A stretch of 64,000 bases of DNA from Vicugna vicugna (taxonomy: Eukaryota), in NCBI GenBank assembly GCA_013265495.1, contig MU058384.1, positions 2,109,690 through 2,173,689 on the forward strand, written 5' to 3'. How positions within the stretch are numbered: position 1 is the stretch's first letter; every line of letters begins with the position of its first letter. The notes beneath the pieces were generated by a model. The model made no database searches. It was not told where the DNA came from and was given only the letters and a program-made list of their open reading frames with translations. A program made the translations under genes and the position numbers. Shown one piece after another: positions 58,460 to 64,000 of this stretch.

Positions 58460-60038
58460 CTGACAATTATTTTCTCCATTTATTATTGCAGACTTAAGCT
58501 CAGATAGAAGATTTCATCTCGTTTTCAGTACAAAAAATTTTCGTTGTGTTTATATCAGGCTTATTATCCTTTCTCATTAGAAGACTTAGATAAACACCCA
58601 TAGTCGGCTTTCAAAGGTAAAATGAGACACTCAAACAGGACACATGAATCATTTCAAATGTCTATCTACTCTTTGATAGAGAAGGCTGACACTTTATACT
58701 GCGTTTGAAATTAAAAATTAAACAGCTGCTGGATTTTTGTGTCAGAAAGCAGAGTAGACATCCAAGTAAGAAATTCTGTTTTATGTTTACATCCTAAAGA
58801 TAAAAATACAGGAAAACCCCACTCTGCCCTGAGTTCCTTCTCCATCCAAAGTCATCCCCATTGTAGCCAACCTCGTATCTTTCTTACATCCTGTGAAGCT
58901 GCTCTTTTTCTACAAATATCTCTGCATTGTAGTGGGTGCTTAAGAAAGTTTCTCTCCTGGAAAATCAATTACAGAATGATGCAGGGCCAGGTTCAACTTG
59001 ATTTTCTGTCCTAAATGGATAGATTGGTTCTTCTCCCCCCACTTTCGCTGGTAAGTGTGAAAACATTTATAATACATTCTTCCAGAAGGAGAGGAAGAAG
59101 AAGAGTGGGAAAAGGAGGATGGACAGGAGGAAGGGGAGACAGAGGAGAAAAAGAAGAAAATCTGTTTTAGAAACAGCAGTGTCTGAGCCCTGCTGTCTCT
59201 TCGAGGCTGATTCTTCTCTGTACAGGGCCAAATGTGTTATTTGGTGATGTTGCTAAATAAACTAAAATTAACAAGCGAATTCTGCTGAAAAAAAAAAACA
59301 ACTATATTAAGTCAATATGCTTTTTGTTGTATCTACATGAAATCTTTTCCCTTATAAGTTTCCCAATGATGCCAGCTTTCTTCAGTCTTGAAAGACCCTT
59401 AGCATTCGGGAATAGAGAAGTAATGCTTTATATAGTTTCTACAACACTCTAAGCCCTGTTTGATAGGAGGCCAGGGAGTTTTAAAGGGGAAAAGGATTAG
59501 CATTGTAGTAAAGCAATTTGACTCTCTTGTTGGTCAGCCGATGTTACAGCTTGATCCAACAGCTGCAGCTAAAGCATTATCTAAATGAAACTTTGCTTCT
59601 AGGTGTGTTTTATCTTTGTTTTTCCTCTCAGATAATGCTACTGAAATGGAACTCCAGCCAGCCTCTTCACCATCTCTTTAGAGCTGCAATTCATTTTTCC
59701 AAATAAAAGCACTTTGATTCTATTGTACTAAGAAAAAATGTTCTTTGTACTTATTATTTCCCTAGATCAGCTACTATACATCTTTGTTTAACTGTTAAAG
59801 CTGACATTTTTGCAAATGATGGTTTGAAGCAAATATTTGTGATAATAATCTCCTTCTAAGCAAATCACTAAGTGATGGCAAATGACCTAGTTTGGGAAGT
59901 GACAGCATCCCTTCAGAGAAGGAATGAAAGGCAGTAACTGACATCAGCAGGACCAACAGTATTGGCTGTGTTTTGCCCTTTGGTGATCCTGGAGTTGGTG
60001 GGTGTTGGGCATGATGGTCAGATCCCATATACACTTAC

Positions 60039-60131
60039 TGTGTTGATAAGAGCCAGTTGCAATCCCAGTGGGGGCAGTAAATAACGTGCCAGTTAGTTGA
60101 GACAGCTGAGAAAGAACTTCTATTCCGGCCT
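60039..60131 (-). CDS. ECT2L: ECT2L exon ([31 protein letters not shown])
   Basis: gtgcag|AG...A|gtaagt on minus strand; 93 nt, phase 1-1. Confidence 0.93.
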
Positions 60132-60504
60132 CTGCACAGCCAAAAATACTTTTGTTAGTTTACTCACAGGTTTTGCCATGAAACAGTTAACTATTCCTTA
60201 GGAGCACTAATGAGCTGGCCAGGAAAGGCCACCTGTAGATCTTGTCCTCAATTCAGATCCCTCATGGAACAGTCCATCAGCACGTTCAGCTCACCCCTAA
60301 GTGCTGAAGTCCAGACACTTAATTCATGAGGACTGCCAACAGGGTGGAGAAAGAGGCATGAAGTTTGACCTGGTGCTTATTTTCAAATGTGGAATTCTCA
60401 GGCCAAAGACAGAGAAGTCTACATATATTTTCCAAAATAATCTGACTCAAAGGAGGAGTCTTATTATAAGAGGACAGATGTAAAACTGCTAAAGATAAAT
60501 GGAA

Positions 60505-60985
60505 TACAATGGTCAAATTTTAGCTTCACTTGTAAAAGCTAAAAACTGGAAAGAACTAAAATATTTACCAATAGATGAATGGATATACAAATTGCAGTAT
60601 ATCTGTACAAGTTATTTCCAGAGTAAAAAGGAATGAACCATTGATAACCAGCATGAAGAGGATGAATTTAAAATAATTATTTGGAGTGAAGGCAGCCTGA
60701 CAAAAAAAGAATTACATGATACACATTATATGATTCCATTTATGGAAAATTCTATACAATGCAAACCAATATGTCGTGAGATCAGGGGTTGCCTAAGGTT
60801 GGAGCGGAGAAGTGGGAGAGAGACATTACAAAGTGGCAGGAGGAAACCTCTGGGGATGATGATGTTCATTATAATGATTGTTTTATGGTTTCACAGAGTG
60901 TGTACACATTTGTCAAAATTTATCAAATTACATACTTTAAATACTGTATGTCAATTGTACCTTAATAAAGCTTTTTAAAATTTTT
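60505..60985 (+). mobile_element. L1ME-type 3' end
   Basis: gatgaatggatatacaaattgcagtatatc...tatgattccatttatgg...caattgtaccttaataaagct. Confidence 0.8.
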
Positions 60986-60999
60986 TAAAGTAATGCCAA

Positions 61000-62710
61000 G
61001 GAAAAGATGAGTTTCAGGTTTCTGGCTTATGCAGTAACTGGTGAAGGATGATCTCTGAAGTGAGGAATCCTGGGGAAGGGGTAGGTTTGTGCTGGGAGGC
61101 AGTCAAGAGTTTGGTTTAGATGTGTGAACTTTGAAATGCCTATGAGACCTGCAAATTAAACATCCTTGTTTAATGTCAAGTAAAAGAGCCTAGATATGCG
61201 CCTGCAGCTCAGAGATTCCAGAGCTGGGGACATGAATTTGGGAATCTCCTGCATATAGACTGAATAAGAATAAATGAGACTTCCTAGGAGATGAGTATAT
61301 AGAAATACTTAGTCATGGAAAAGAAGCGAGCCCAGGATCCAGACCTGGGTACGTTGAAGGATCTTGCCGAGGAGGAGGAGCCAGCAAAGGACACTGAGAG
61401 GAAGAGGCCACTGAGGTGGGAGGAAGACAAGAAGAGGGTGGTATTAGGAGAACCAAGAGAAGAGGGAAAGTTGCAGGGAGGAGTATTCATCTGCCTCAGG
61501 TGCTGAGAAGTCAAAGCAGAGCGAGGACAGAGAGGGGACACCTGGATTTGGGCACATGGAAGTCACTGATAGTCTTCCAAAAGAGCTTTCAGTAGAAAGA
61601 GACCACTTGGAAGAGCTTGAGGAGTGAGTGAGAGGTGAGGAAGGCAGAGGCTGTCAGCTAGACCAACAGTTCTCCAAGTGTGCCTCTGGGATCAGAGATC
61701 AGCATCACTTGGGAACTTGTTAGAAATGTAAATTCTCAGCCCTGGTTGCAGACCTACTGAATCCAAAACACTACGGTGGGACCCAGAATGTGTATTTTAA
61801 CAAGCCCTCTAGGTGATTCAAATACACATGAAAACTTTGAGAACCACTGGTATAGTCAACTCAAAAATTGGTGAGGGAAAGTTTAGGGTCTCCTCTTTTT
61901 AGGAGGCGGGAGAAGGGTGGAGCTACAACAGGTGTTCTTGGTTTGATGGGAATGAGCTAATAAAGAGAGAGGACAGGCTATGGGGGAGGACTGGAGTGTC
62001 GGAGTGAAGGTGAAAGGCGATGAGAAGCCAAGTCCAGGTGGAGAAGTCGGTCTTTTGAGGTGAGCATGAGTGCTTCTGCCATCGTAACAGAAGGGAAGAC
62101 AGAATGAAGGTAAGAGGTGGGGTAGGTGGCGGATTTTGTGGTGGGAGGAAAACTAAGGGGTTTCCTTAAAGAAGTAAAAGGTGAAGTCAACAAGTGAGTG
62201 AGCATTAATGAAAGAGTGACTCCAGCAGAGAAGAGATGACAGTCATCTCAAAGAATGGGAAAGTGAAGTTACCAAGGAAATGCAGTAGGATTGCCTAGCG
62301 GTGCTGCAATCCCATTTGATATGTATGCCATTTAAGTAAAGTTAGATCAACAAGAACAGTTGTGTTACTCTTTTCAACAGTCTTCAGCTGCTTTGGTACA
62401 GGCAGGCATAGATCATGCACATGGCTGTATTTTAGCCAGCTTTGGGATTTAGGCAAATGAACTGGGATTTAGCCAGGAGAAAAATAAACAAGAGTTAAGT
62501 TCAGCTTCCTTGCAAGAGAGTAACAATAATGAGGAACCATTAATCCAAGTTTAATGAAGAAGGAACCAGGGTCGAAGGCTTGGTGATAGAGAATGGAAAA
62601 GTGGGAATGTGTGGATTGGAGGTATTCGGGCAAAGAGCTGATGGAGTAGGAATATCTGAGCGTGGGATTTGGAAGTGGTACTCAGACACAGGCTTGAGAT
62701 CAAGATTTGA
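61000..62710 (-). mobile_element. L2 fragments interrupted by MER5A
   Basis: caggtttctggctt, tttgaaatgcctatgagac, gagccagcaaaggacactgag, tggatttgggcacatggaagtcactg; approximate. Confidence 0.65.
61664..61849 (+). mobile_element. MER5A hAT MITE
   Basis: cagcatcacttgggaacttgttagaaatgtaaattctcag...acctactgaatc...ttttaacaagccctctaggtgattc...tttgagaaccactg. Confidence 0.85.
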
Positions 62711-64000
62711 TTTCAGAGGTGACGACAGCTACCGGGGATGACAAGCTCAAGTGTGACACCTGAGGTGGTGGAAAAGAGATTTTTTGCCTGAGAAATCAGG
62801 GTCTTCTGACTGAACCAGGGTCTCAATGGTTCATCCAGGTGTAAATTATATTTGACCAGAATGGCAGTGGGAAATCTATTGTTTGAGTGCCAATAAGTTT
62901 CACCTGAGACCATTTCTGTGTCATCAAATCTATTCTTCCTTCCCCCTTTTTGCCTTTATTCTCTTAGCCTTTCAATACATTTCTTTCTCACATCCTTTCC
63001 TTTTTTATCCTACTCCAGTTTAAAAGTTTGCTTTGCTCCCATTATAAAAGTAGTACTAATTCACTACAGAAAATAGAGGCACATAAAGGAAATAAAAGGG
63101 GAAAAAATAAAAGAAAGGAAAACTCACTCATCTTATCCAACTCTCGCTGGCGTGTTGGTATACACACATCCTTCCAAACCCTCTTTACACACACGCACCA
63201 CTGCCATCCTCCCCCAAGCATGCACAGGTTTTAAACACTGAGATCACACCATCCCTAGTCTTTGTAACCTACTCTTCTCAAACTGATTTTAAAAGTAGAA
63301 AAATTTGAAAAACACATCCAGAGATAGACAATGTTAACAGTTTACTATATTTCCTCTTAGAGTTTTCTATGCCTAGATTCGACATAGTTGAGATTATATA
63401 ATTGTAATAACTGTAAAAAAATTTTTTCTTTTTACAGTAATTTGTATTTTGTTTTCTTTTAAACTCCTTCCCATCCTTTTGTCTTCTCCTTTGCCTGGTG
63501 GAATCCTGCCAGGGTCATGTTTTGTATGTACTGAATAGTCCAGTGAAATCTGAGGATTAAGAAGAATTTTTAAAAAGCTCCCTAAGGAATGGGTAGTAAG
63601 AAACAGAAATTTCACCTTCCTTCTCTCTTGCTCTGCTTGATTAAAGAACAACAGCAGCAAAACAAAAACAAAAACCACACACCCCGGAATCCATGAATGC
63701 AGAGCTTTTACTAACAGATTTCTGTTAAATCTGGCTGGTTCCAGACAGAGGCACTTAAAATGCTCAGCTACCACACTCACTTTTACAGGGCACTTCATTG
63801 TTTTTAATACTCTAATATTTAAGTATTTAAATATTTTTTATTTTAGTTATTTAATTATATTGTTTTGCCATTCAGAAGTCCCGAATCGTAAGGCACTAAT
63901 ATCCTAACTTTCATAGGAGGGAACAGAGGCCACGTGGCTGAGGTGATGTGAGTGAGATTAAAATCCAGGTCCCTGGTCACCAAGTTCATGCCCACTCGTT

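Larger units (their letters stand above)
36138..60131 (-). other. ECT2L: ECT2L gene, 3' part (DH/RhoGEF-PH region; 5' exons beyond window end)
   Basis: 12 exons (1517 nt) splice in phase to 505 aa plus stop matching the recalled human ECT2L C-terminal part; one additional candidate in-frame exon. Confidence 0.96.

Noticed and set aside
63394..63798. Longest ORF (134 aa, minus strand) inside an ECT2L intron
   Set aside because: Low-complexity translation with no match to the expected upstream ECT2L exon (GYKIGVKNLL...), which probably lies beyond the window.

Overview
Mammalian, AT-rich genomic DNA, probably from a camelid (inferred from two tRNA-derived SINEs resembling the camelid vic-1 type). 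It holds the 3' halves of two convergent, tail-to-tail genes. REPS1 (+ strand) has 14 coding exons in the window, from the second EH domain to the stop at 33807-33809. ECT2L (- strand) has 12 exons matching the human protein as I recall it, from 60131 to the stop at 36138-36140, covering the DH/RhoGEF and PH region. Every exon was checked by hand for AG/GT boundaries and phase continuity, and both reading frames are intact. Introns carry typical mammalian repeats (L1, L2, MIR, hAT/Charlie, MER58, MER5A, MER2, an MLT2 solo LTR). Most notable finding: an extra, in-frame 126-nt ECT2L exon (55647-55772, -) absent from the 904-aa human sequence I recall. Joined to the preceding exon it completes an ungapped Dpy-30/RIIa-type dimerisation-docking motif. 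There are also several candidate regulatory splice and polyadenylation elements in REPS1 (poison exon, intronic terminal exon, competing donors, NAGNAG acceptors). Gene and repeat identities come from recall, not database searches, and repeat boundaries are approximate.
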